DNA of 64,000 bases, taken from assembly GCA_945952115.1 (NCBI GenBank), contig CAMFHA010000001.1, positions 3,579 to 67,578 of the forward strand. Reading direction: 5' to 3'. Shown piece by piece: positions 9,681-17,731 of this stretch. The notes under the pieces are model-generated. The model was not told the origin of the DNA. It ran no database searches and saw nothing but the letters and a program-made list of their open reading frames with translations. Origin of the DNA: an uncultured Legionella sp. Its GTDB lineage: Bacteria > Pseudomonadota > Gammaproteobacteria > Legionellales > Legionellaceae. Position 1 is the stretch's first letter, and every line of letters begins with the position of its first letter. The position numbers and the translations under genes are program-made.

Positions 9681-10970
9681 TTACGAAAATATAGTAGCGA
9701 TTTTATCTATAGCCTCGGTATTCTCTGATTCTATTTCTTCATTTGTAAGTTCTAAGGGGGCTCTCTGCTGTATTTCTTCTTGTAATTTCGCTTCTAGTTG
9801 CATCATAATTGATTCTGGTAATTTCATTTCTGTTTCTGCAATATTAACTACTTTACCATCTAAATATAATTGACCTTCTCTAACATCCATTTCTACCTGT
9901 TTATACTCAGTGGGTAATTCATTTTCTGGTGTTGGAACAAAGGGAACACCACAAAAAACGGTCACACCATCTCCTAAGCGAATTCCAGTAAGCAAGGGTT
10001 TTTGAGAGGAGTAGCCATAAGAGCCAATAGCAACGCAGGCACTCCAGATTAACTTGTAAGCTAAATCTAAAGGAATACCTACAATGGTGCCCATTCCCTG
10101 CCCAACAAGCCCCATACTGAAGCTTAGAATATGAGCTAGGCTAATACTGCAAAAAGCGCTAATTACACGCTCAGCAATTGCAGGAGCAAATAAAGCAACT
10201 CCTGCAGGTCCAGCATAATTACACACTAATAAAGTACTACCAATTAATGCTGTAAATTTAGTTTTGTGCGGTAACGCATTGGTTGAATGACTAAGCACAT
10301 CACCACTAATATATCCTATTGTTGCTCCTGCATAAGAACCTGCAGCTCCAAAAAGTTTTTGAGTGATATTGGTAATGGGGTAATTAGCATAAGGATCTTT
10401 TTTAATTTTATTAATTGTTCTTGTACATAAATACGTTTGAAAGTTATTCCATTCTTTTTCAGTAAATTCCGTAAGTTTTGCTTTTTTAAGAATTGAATTA
10501 GCCTGATCTAAAGCTGAAATTGATGAGGTAATTAATCTTTTCGCTGCTAAAAAACACATTTCTTTATCTTCTTCATCCAGATAATTTTGATTGGTAATAC
10601 CTAAATCTTTATCTAAAAGTGTGTAAAGAACAGATTTTTCTTCAGGAGTACGCCATGTATAAGTTTGTTCAATTTGCTCCTTAATATACAAAACGGCTGC
10701 AAACATCACTCTTGAGGCGGTAGTACTTGCTGCGAGCTCATCTAGAGTTTCAATTTTCTCTTCTTCAAAGGTATTAGGTTTTAAAATAACTCGAACTTTT
10801 TCTAAAAATTCAATTTGTGATTTTCTTACAGCGATATCTACACCACCTAAAACAGTAGGCATACCAAAAAAGGAAGGAGAATTATTTAAATCAATTTTTT
10901 TTATTTCTTGATATTTATCTCGGAGAAAATCTAACTTTACTATAGTATTAGGGGCGAGAATAAAGCGCAT
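9681..10970 (-). CDS. Hypothetical membrane protein with a Gly/Ala-rich hydrophobic core and an acidic C-terminal tail (effector-like)
   Basis: Start set at ATG 10970, preceded by AGGAGG at 6 nt. Gly-rich hydrophobic stretch (GAAGSYAGATIGYISG...GLVGQGMGTIVGIPLDL). Glu-rich C-terminus (LELTNEEIESENTEAIDK). Confidence 0.55.
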   Translation of the reverse strand: MRFILAPNTIVKLDFLRDKYQEIKKIDLNNSPSFFGMPTVLGGVDIAVRKSQIEFLEKVRVILKPNTFEEEKIETLDELAASTTASRVMFAAVLYIKEQIEQTYTWRTPEEKSVLYTLLDKDLGITNQNYLDEEDKEMCFLAAKRLITSSISALDQANSILKKAKLTEFTEKEWNNFQTYLCTRTINKIKKDPYANYPITNITQKLFGAAGSYAGATIGYISGDVLSHSTNALPHKTKFTALIGSTLLVCNYAGPAGVALFAPAIAERVISAFCSISLAHILSFSMGLVGQGMGTIVGIPLDLAYKLIWSACVAIGSYGYSSQKPLLTGIRLGDGVTVFCGVPFVPTPENELPTEYKQVEMDVREGQLYLDGKVVNIAETEMKLPESIMMQLEAKLQEEIQQRAPLELTNEEIESENTEAIDKIATIFS

Positions 10971-11242
10971 GTAGACCTCCTGTCTGGTAATATGCATCGA
11001 GTATTCTTTTATAATACTGAGTCGTTGATTAAATGCAATCACCTTTGATCTTTTTTTATTAAATGGTTGTAATTATTTTTCGAAAATTATTAAACTTATA
11101 ATTTAATCTATTGAAATGATGCTTTTTTTAATGATTATGGTACTGTTAACAATTCATAAGAGTTGAGCCAATATTCAGGGCATTAATTTAATGGCAATGC
11201 TTGCAGGACAAGAGCTATTTTTTTAATTGAAGAGCAAATTAT

Positions 11243-12097
11243 ATGAGTAAGTTAACCGTTTATTTTTCATTACTTCGAATCTCGCATTGGAGTAAAGCAG
11301 TATTTGTGCTCTTTGGTTTTTTTTATACACCTATTCATGGGTATTTTGTTCCCGCATTGCTTGCTGCTTTGGCGTTTTGTCTTATTTCTAGTGCAGTATA
11401 TATTTACAATGATATTCAGGATAGAGCAGAAGATCGTATTCATCCTTATAAAAAGAAACGTCCTCTAGCAAGTAAAGAGGTTTCTCTCTCAGAAGCCTTT
11501 GCTCTATTATTAGTGTTGCTTAGTGTGGGGCTCGTTATCGGTTGGTTAATTTCAAAGCAATTGGCGATGATTCTTATTACCTATTTGCTTATTAATTTAG
11601 CTTATAACCATGTATTCAAATTAGTGCCTATTTTAGATGTGTTATGTATTGCTTTGGGCTTTATGTTACGTGTTTTAGCAGGAACTATAGGTATTGGATT
11701 ATCCCTTTCCATTTGGTTGACCAGTGCAGCCACTTTACTTAGTTTATTTATAGCACTTAATAAAAGAAGATTAGAAGCACAACTTGGACTTAAGCATTCA
11801 ACTAGAAAAGTGCTTAAGAACTACCATCCTTTACTATTGCAACGCCTAATATTTGGAACAGGAGCTGCTTGTTTCTCAGTTTATTTATTCTATATTATTT
11901 ACGCTCGAGGTGAGTCTTTTTATTTTATATTGACATTACCTTTTGCGGCTTTTGCATTATGGCGTTTTGCCTGGCTTTCAACCCAGAATGTAGATAATGA
12001 CGATCCCGTTGATGTATTTATTAATGATAGATTATCAAGAGTTAATCTTTGGTGTTTTGCTGTATTAACTTTTATGGCATTAACACATACTGTTTGA
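11243..12097 (+). CDS. UbiA-family prenyltransferase, decaprenyl-phosphate phosphoribosyltransferase (DPPR synthase)-like
   Basis: Polytopic membrane protein carrying NDIQDRAEDRIHPYKKKRPLAS. This is the NDxxDxxxD motif followed by the HPxKxxRPxA signature of the DPPR-synthase branch. Confidence 0.7.
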   Translation: MSKLTVYFSLLRISHWSKAVFVLFGFFYTPIHGYFVPALLAALAFCLISSAVYIYNDIQDRAEDRIHPYKKKRPLASKEVSLSEAFALLLVLLSVGLVIGWLISKQLAMILITYLLINLAYNHVFKLVPILDVLCIALGFMLRVLAGTIGIGLSLSIWLTSAATLLSLFIALNKRRLEAQLGLKHSTRKVLKNYHPLLLQRLIFGTGAACFSVYLFYIIYARGESFYFILTLPFAAFALWRFAWLSTQNVDNDDPVDVFINDRLSRVNLWCFAVLTFMALTHTV

Positions 12098-12173
12098 GCA
12101 CAGGTCTAAGTAAAGTCACGTGAGATATAGACTAATAAAGAACTTTCCTTAATGCAGGGTAAGCCTTACCTTT

Positions 12174-15100
12174 CTAATTTAAAAGCTTGTTGTAAGATAA
12201 ATTAGTTGAATCATTGGAGTTTTGAAGAGGTTTTTCTTTAAAAAAAACGAGGTTAGATAAAGGAGTTTGCAAGTTTACAAGAAAAGCTTGGATACTTGGT
12301 GTTTTTAGGATCTCCCTCGTTAAAGGATTTTGAGACAATAGTGGTTCATTAGTTTTGTAACGAGCTGAACTATAATTGCTTTTTCCGGTAAGTAGCTCTC
12401 TGAACCAATGGACGCTTTTATGTAGTGCTGGCTCGGTTTCTCTTGCAAGAATATCACTCAATTTAAAATAATGGGATAAAAATGCTTCAGAGTCATTAGA
12501 AAGCAATAGCTCATGTGCCTCGGTTTTATATTCATCCGATAAAAAAGTTTGTGCTATTGGCAGTAGTTTCAGAGGATACACTTTTTTTATCTCTGGAATA
12601 ATAAATTTCAAGTCTGTCCCACTTTTAACAAGTACATTAAATGGCACCTCTAACAAAAGTGATAAAATCATTTTCACTGATTCAATATTTTTTGATGCGA
12701 TATGTAAAACTGTATTGCCATTTCTATTTTTTTCTTTGATAGCGGTAAGGCGTTCATGCTCTGGCAAAAGCGATAAAATCATTTTTAATGCTTCAGGATC
12801 ATTGGCTATCCTGTGTAAAACTGTATCTCCATTTTTGTTTTTTTCATTGACAGCAGCAAGACGTTCATGTTCTGGTAAAAGCGATAAAATCATTTTTAAT
12901 GCCTCAGGATTTCTGAATGCCTTATGTAATAATGTATCGCCATTTCGATCTTTTTCCGTAATAGCGGCAAAGCGTTCCTGCTCAGGGTAAAGTGATAAAA
13001 TTATCTCTAATGATTTTGGATGATTTGCTGCTCGATGTAAAACCGAATTGCCATTTTTATTTTTTTCTTTAACGGCGGTAAGTCGTTCATTTTCAGGATA
13101 AAACGATAAAATTAGTTCTAATGCTTCATCATTGCTTGCTGCTCTATGTAAAACGCTATCGTCGTTGCTGTTTTTTTCTTTGACAGCAACAAGGCGTTCC
13201 TGTTCTGGGTAAAATGATAAAATCAGTTCTAAGGCTTCAGGATGAGCTGCCGCACTATGTAAAAGCGTATCGCCTTTTTTGTTTTTTTCTTTGATAGCTG
13301 TAAGGCGTTCATTTTCAGGATAAAGCGATAAAATTAATTTTAATGCTTCTGCATTGCTTGCTGCTTTATGTAAAACGGTATCTTCATTGTCATTTTTTTC
13401 TTTGATGGCGGTAAGGCGTTTATGCTCTGGGTATAGCGATAAAATTAGTTCTAATGCTTCAGCATTGTTTGCGGCTTTATGTAAAACGGTATCGTCATTG
13501 CTGTTTTTTTCTTTGACAGCCTCAAGACGCTCATGTTCCGGTAAAAGTGATAAACTTAGCTCTAAGGTTTCAGGAATATTGGCTATCCGATGTAAAATCG
13601 CATTGCCGGATTGGTCTTTTTCTTTGACAGCACTAAGGCGCTCATGTTCTGGTAACAGTGATAAAATTATTTTTAATGATTCCGGATTGTATATTGCTCT
13701 ATGTAAAAGCATAGTGCCATTTTGATTTTTTTCTGTGATAGCAATCAGCCGCTCATTTTCAGGATAAAGAGATAAAATTAGTTCTAATGCTTCAGGATGA
13801 TTTACTGTTCTATGTAAAAGTCTATCACCATCTCGGTCTTTTTCTTTGACAGCAGGAAGATGTTCATTTTCAGGGTAAAATGATAAAATTATTCTTAATG
13901 CTTCAGGATGATTTGCTGCTTTATATAAGAGTGTATTGCCATATTGGTCTTTTTCTTTGAGAACACCAAGACGCTCAGGCTCTGGATAAAGCGATATAAG
14001 GAAATTTAATGATTTTGGATAAGTGATTGCTCGATGTAGTAGTGTTTCTTTTTTTTCATTCTTTTGGAGGATTTCGTTAAGTCCTTTATCTGAAAAATAG
14101 CGTCTAATTAGTGTTGTATTTTCATATTCAATAGCAAGAACTAAAAGTGCTTGTTCATTGATAGTGCATTCCTGCCAATTTGAAATAAAAAACGTAGTTT
14201 TTAATGTCTGAATAACCCATTCATGTAATGCTTCATTAGATTGTACAATTAAGCAGGCTAGTAGTTTGCGTTGCGTCTGTTTTTGTAGTGCGTCTGATGT
14301 ATAATTCTCATAACTTGCTTCAAAATGAAAAAAATCGAAACATTCAAGAGTTAATTGCCCAGTTTGGGACATTTCATTGATGATAAATGACTGGGCTTCA
14401 TGAGTATCTTGAGGATAATGTAAATTTACAGGACTTAGTTTTTGAAGGACATGCCACTGCTTTAGTTTTACTCGATAACTATCCATGATGCTTATCAGGC
14501 TATGGGAACTCAATGGAAGATTTTCTTTAATATCCTTTTGAAAGTCACTCAATAACGAATGGTGTAATCGTTCACACAACACACCAGTATGCCTATTGCT
14601 TTTAAAATCTTGAATCACTTTATCAGGAATATCGATAGAATGATGATGCATTAAATAAATCAATACTTGCTCATAAATGTGTTCTTGGTAAGAGAGAAGT
14701 TGAGGTTTTTTCGCACATTGAAGAGCTTGCACAAAATCTTGAGAGGTCACAAGATGTTGTTTAATTAAATACAATAACATTTTTTCACTGAGGTTTTTAA
14801 ATAATTTAGGTCTGCTCGTTAACATTATCCATAAAGAAACCTCTTTGAGTTTAAGTACTTTCATTGCTTGTTCATCAGATAGGTATTGGCTTAGCTTTTT
14901 TAATAAGGCAAAACGATGCTCTTCTGCTATTTTGGTTTGAATATTTTTATATAAAAGAAAAATTATTCCTGTTGGCAAAGCGTTTACTTTGTCTAAAAGT
15001 AAGGTTTCTATACGCTGAGAATGGCTATCAAGTAACACTTTTAGAAAAAAAAATGGCCCTAAAAAATCATATAGTCTTTTCCAGTTAGTTGAGGTTACTG

Positions 15101-15776
15101 TAAATGAGAATAAAGGGGCGTCTTGTGGTGGTGTAAAAGGTGTTTTTGCCTGATTTGATTTTATTTTACCTGATAAAGTCAGATTTACGCCTAGACCAAG
15201 CGCACTGGGTATCTCTATGATATTCGCTTGTTCAAGTAACCAGTTTAATTCAGTGGAAGAATAAGATACAGTGGATAATAATTCATAAACCTTCTGAATC
15301 TCTGATATTTGTTCAACATGTGCTACACAATAACGATGCAATAAACCAGAATCAAGCAATGCTTTAGCACTAATTTGTCGTTCCAGTAAGACTTGAATGA
15401 GTGCCACCATTAAAATAGGGTTTGATGCTTTTTCCTCTAACAATACTAATAAAGTCAAAGGATGCTCTTCTTCACTTAACCCAGATAAAAACCTTTCTTT
15501 CCAATAAGAAACTATCTCTTGAATTAATTCATCATCTTCTTCATTCAGACTCAATAAAGCTACTAACTCATCTATTGGTTGAGATGAGGATAGCTGTTCC
15601 ATCAATAGTCTATAGAAAGAGAGTTCTTTTTGTTCTGCTATAAAGATTTTATGGTGTTCAGTTCTAAGTTCTTCAAAATTAATATGACGTTGTAATTTTA
15701 TAATTTCTTTTTCTATATTTTCCTTAGAAACAAAAGGAAAATTTGAAAGCGTTTGGAGTTTTGATATCACTTTCAT
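12174..15776 (-). CDS. 1200-aa protein with 13 tandem 37-aa ankyrin-like repeats (effector-like)
   Basis: Repeat unit ERLxAxKEKNxxGDTxLHxAAxxPEALxLILSLYPE. The G-T-LH-AA core is that of ANK repeats. N-terminal ~560 aa and C-terminal ~150 aa are unique sequence. Confidence 0.8.
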   Translation of the reverse strand: MKVISKLQTLSNFPFVSKENIEKEIIKLQRHINFEELRTEHHKIFIAEQKELSFYRLLMEQLSSSQPIDELVALLSLNEEDDELIQEIVSYWKERFLSGLSEEEHPLTLLVLLEEKASNPILMVALIQVLLERQISAKALLDSGLLHRYCVAHVEQISEIQKVYELLSTVSYSSTELNWLLEQANIIEIPSALGLGVNLTLSGKIKSNQAKTPFTPPQDAPLFSFTVTSTNWKRLYDFLGPFFFLKVLLDSHSQRIETLLLDKVNALPTGIIFLLYKNIQTKIAEEHRFALLKKLSQYLSDEQAMKVLKLKEVSLWIMLTSRPKLFKNLSEKMLLYLIKQHLVTSQDFVQALQCAKKPQLLSYQEHIYEQVLIYLMHHHSIDIPDKVIQDFKSNRHTGVLCERLHHSLLSDFQKDIKENLPLSSHSLISIMDSYRVKLKQWHVLQKLSPVNLHYPQDTHEAQSFIINEMSQTGQLTLECFDFFHFEASYENYTSDALQKQTQRKLLACLIVQSNEALHEWVIQTLKTTFFISNWQECTINEQALLVLAIEYENTTLIRRYFSDKGLNEILQKNEKKETLLHRAITYPKSLNFLISLYPEPERLGVLKEKDQYGNTLLYKAANHPEALRIILSFYPENEHLPAVKEKDRDGDRLLHRTVNHPEALELILSLYPENERLIAITEKNQNGTMLLHRAIYNPESLKIILSLLPEHERLSAVKEKDQSGNAILHRIANIPETLELSLSLLPEHERLEAVKEKNSNDDTVLHKAANNAEALELILSLYPEHKRLTAIKEKNDNEDTVLHKAASNAEALKLILSLYPENERLTAIKEKNKKGDTLLHSAAAHPEALELILSFYPEQERLVAVKEKNSNDDSVLHRAASNDEALELILSFYPENERLTAVKEKNKNGNSVLHRAANHPKSLEIILSLYPEQERFAAITEKDRNGDTLLHKAFRNPEALKMILSLLPEHERLAAVNEKNKNGDTVLHRIANDPEALKMILSLLPEHERLTAIKEKNRNGNTVLHIASKNIESVKMILSLLLEVPFNVLVKSGTDLKFIIPEIKKVYPLKLLPIAQTFLSDEYKTEAHELLLSNDSEAFLSHYFKLSDILARETEPALHKSVHWFRELLTGKSNYSSARYKTNEPLLSQNPLTREILKTPSIQAFLVNLQTPLSNLVFFKEKPLQNSNDSTNLSYNKLLN
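12645..14075 (-). repeat. About 13 tandem 111-bp coding repeats inside the ankyrin-like gene
   Basis: Period of 111 nt. Adjacent units share long identical strings, for example aaaagcgataaaatcatttttaatgc at 12771 and 12881. Confidence 0.85.
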
Positions 15777-15812
15777 CGTATATCTCTACTTTAAATGCCA
15801 AATAATTGTACT

Positions 15813-15830
15813 CTATACTTTGAAGTATAG
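15813..15830. promoter_or_regulatory. Perfect 8-2-8 palindrome CTATACTT-TG-AAGTATAG, about 35-55 nt upstream of the ankyrin-like gene start
   Basis: Read directly. Its position in the promoter region of 12174..15776 suggests an operator. Confidence 0.3.
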
Positions 15831-16029
15831 TTCAAGCTTAATTTTTAGAGAGAACTCTGAGTGTTTGTAATAAAAGGTTACAGCGAGGAATGGCAAGGCT
15901 AGCACTCATTTAATGGTGTCAAAGAAATACGGCTTAAACTGACACCATTAACCGTTCATTCCATGTGTTGGAATAACTAGATTTGAGCTTAGCTTCAAGT
16001 AAAGCATCTGAGTGAATGCTTTATTGTAC

Positions 16030-16425
16030 TTAATTTTTAGTAATAGTAGTCTCACCTAAACCATTCACAGTAGCTGTATATCCGTTAGCAGATAATACTT
16101 TAGGAGTAATTTCTCCTGTTACTAAATCCATAGTAAAAGTACCTAAAACAATTGGATTAGGAGTATTGGTAGCCATTTTTATAAGAGCAGAACATTTATT
16201 GCCAGTACTATGGCCATAGCATGCTATACGCACAAGATTCCAATATATTTGTCGTGTAGAATTTGCCGCGGTTGGATAAGGTGACGCAATAGTGCCAGCA
16301 ATAAATGCATTAGATTCTTCGCCTGTTTTATTATGAGTGGTTAAATAAGCTGGGCTTGCAAAAGCAGTGCTAATGCTTAAGCCCAAAGTGAGAGCACATA
16401 ATCTTTTGATTAATTTCATTAACAT
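16030..16425 (-). CDS. Small secreted hypothetical protein
   Basis: N-terminal signal peptide KRLCALTLGLSISTAFA|SP. No recognisable domain. Confidence 0.5.
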   Translation of the reverse strand: MLMKLIKRLCALTLGLSISTAFASPAYLTTHNKTGEESNAFIAGTIASPYPTAANSTRQIYWNLVRIACYGHSTGNKCSALIKMATNTPNPIVLGTFTMDLVTGEITPKVLSANGYTATVNGLGETTITKN

Positions 16426-16454
16426 TTCTCCATTAGAGTTATTAAATAATTGAC

Positions 16455-16549
16455 TATACCTTTTGCACCTGAGTTTTGGTGTTTTAAGCGATTTGATTTT
16501 ATTCTATTTTGGAAGATTAAAAATCGAAAACTCAAGTGCAAAAGGTATA
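16455..16549. repeat. Palindromic intergenic element with TATACCTT..GAGTTTT termini
   Basis: Arms tataccttttgcacctgagtttt (16455-16477) and aaaactcaagtgcaaaaggtata (16527-16549) match at 22/23. The termini resemble those of the element at 38111..38275. Confidence 0.8.
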
Positions 16550-16610
16550 CTATAGGGCTTTATAGCGTTTCAGGCAAGTTTGGCTATTTTAGTCATCAGA
16601 TCTGATTATC

Positions 16611-17591
16611 TTAATTTTTTAAAATTTGAGCGATATCTTTGGCAAAATAAGAAATAATAAAATCAGCTCCAGCTCGTTTAATTGCAATTAAGCTTTCTAA
16701 TATTGCTTGCTCTTCATTAATTAAATGGTTCTGCGCAGCACATTTAATCATAGAATACTCACCGCTGACTTGATAAGCACACAAAGGAACCTCAGGAAAA
16801 TGTTGTTTCATTTTAGCAATAATATCCAAGTAAAATCCCGCAGGTTTTACCATAATCATATCAGCTCCTTCATCCAGATCTAAAGAGGTTTCTCTTATAG
16901 CTTCTTCGCTATTTGCTGGATCCATCTGATATGCTTTACGATCACCAAATTGAGGAGCACCTTGAGCTGCGTCTCTAAATGGACCGTATAGGCAAGAACA
17001 GTATTTAGCACTGTAACTTAAAATAGGGATATTTTGATAACCTTCTGTATCTAAGGCATAACGAATTGCACTGACCATTCCATCAGTCATACCACTTGGA
17101 GCGACCCAATCAGCTCCCGCACGCGCATGGCTAATGGCTTGTTTTCCTAGTAATTCAAGCGTTTTATCTATATTAATAGATTGTTCATCAAGAACACCGC
17201 AATGCCCGTGATCAGTGTATTCGCAAAAACAGAGATCGGTAATAATTACTAGGTCTTTATTAATGGCACGAATTATTTTAATTGCTTGTTGAATAATACC
17301 TTCATCATTAAACGATTCACTCCCCAAGCTATCCTTATATTTAGGGATGCCAAATAATAAGACAGCAGGAATGCCTAATTCGCTTAAAACTTCTATTTCT
17401 TTAGCAAGATCGCTAAGACTTAATTGAAACTGACCTGGCATGGATTTAATTTCTTTGGCTTTATCTAGCGTTTCGCTAATAAATAAAGGAGCAATAAATT
17501 GCTGTGGGTGTAAACGCGTTTCTCGAATTAAAGCACGAGTCATTGCAGTTTTTCTTAAACGACTTAATCTTAAAGGGCTCGTATAGGACAT
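16611..17591 (-). CDS. hemB: Porphobilinogen synthase (delta-aminolevulinate dehydratase)
   Basis: 326 aa with the Zn-type site DLCFCEYTDHGHCG and active-site regions MVKPAGFYLDII and YQVSGEYSMI. Confidence 0.95.
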   Translation of the reverse strand: MSYTSPLRLSRLRKTAMTRALIRETRLHPQQFIAPLFISETLDKAKEIKSMPGQFQLSLSDLAKEIEVLSELGIPAVLLFGIPKYKDSLGSESFNDEGIIQQAIKIIRAINKDLVIITDLCFCEYTDHGHCGVLDEQSINIDKTLELLGKQAISHARAGADWVAPSGMTDGMVSAIRYALDTEGYQNIPILSYSAKYCSCLYGPFRDAAQGAPQFGDRKAYQMDPANSEEAIRETSLDLDEGADMIMVKPAGFYLDIIAKMKQHFPEVPLCAYQVSGEYSMIKCAAQNHLINEEQAILESLIAIKRAGADFIISYFAKDIAQILKN

Positions 17592-17642
17592 TATTTTTCC
17601 TTAATATCTTAACCTTTCTAACTGAACTTTGGCCATTTTTGA

Positions 17643-17676
17643 TTTTGTCATTCTCGCCTACGCGGGAATGACAAAA
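17643..17676. repeat. GC-rich hairpin ttttgtcattctcgcctacgcgggaatgacaaaa
   Basis: Inverted repeat read directly between hemB and tamB. The core CGCGGGAATGAC is related to the arms at 47012..47098. Confidence 0.75.
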
Positions 17677-17731
17677 GAGCAAGTAGATTTTAAATTGATC
17701 AAAAATAAAAAATGGTCAAAGTCGAGTCTAA

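Noticed and set aside
12715-13725. + strand ORFs 12715..12990 and 13354..13725, with repetitive SCSGKSDKI-type translations
   Set aside because: They are antisense read-throughs of the 111-bp coding repeats of the - strand ankyrin-like gene. Their periodicity simply mirrors that array.
12645-14075. Possible CRISPR-like or satellite array because of strong periodicity
   Set aside because: The units are contiguous, 111 bp long, with no spacers. They lie in frame within a 1200-aa ORF and encode a conserved ANK-like motif.
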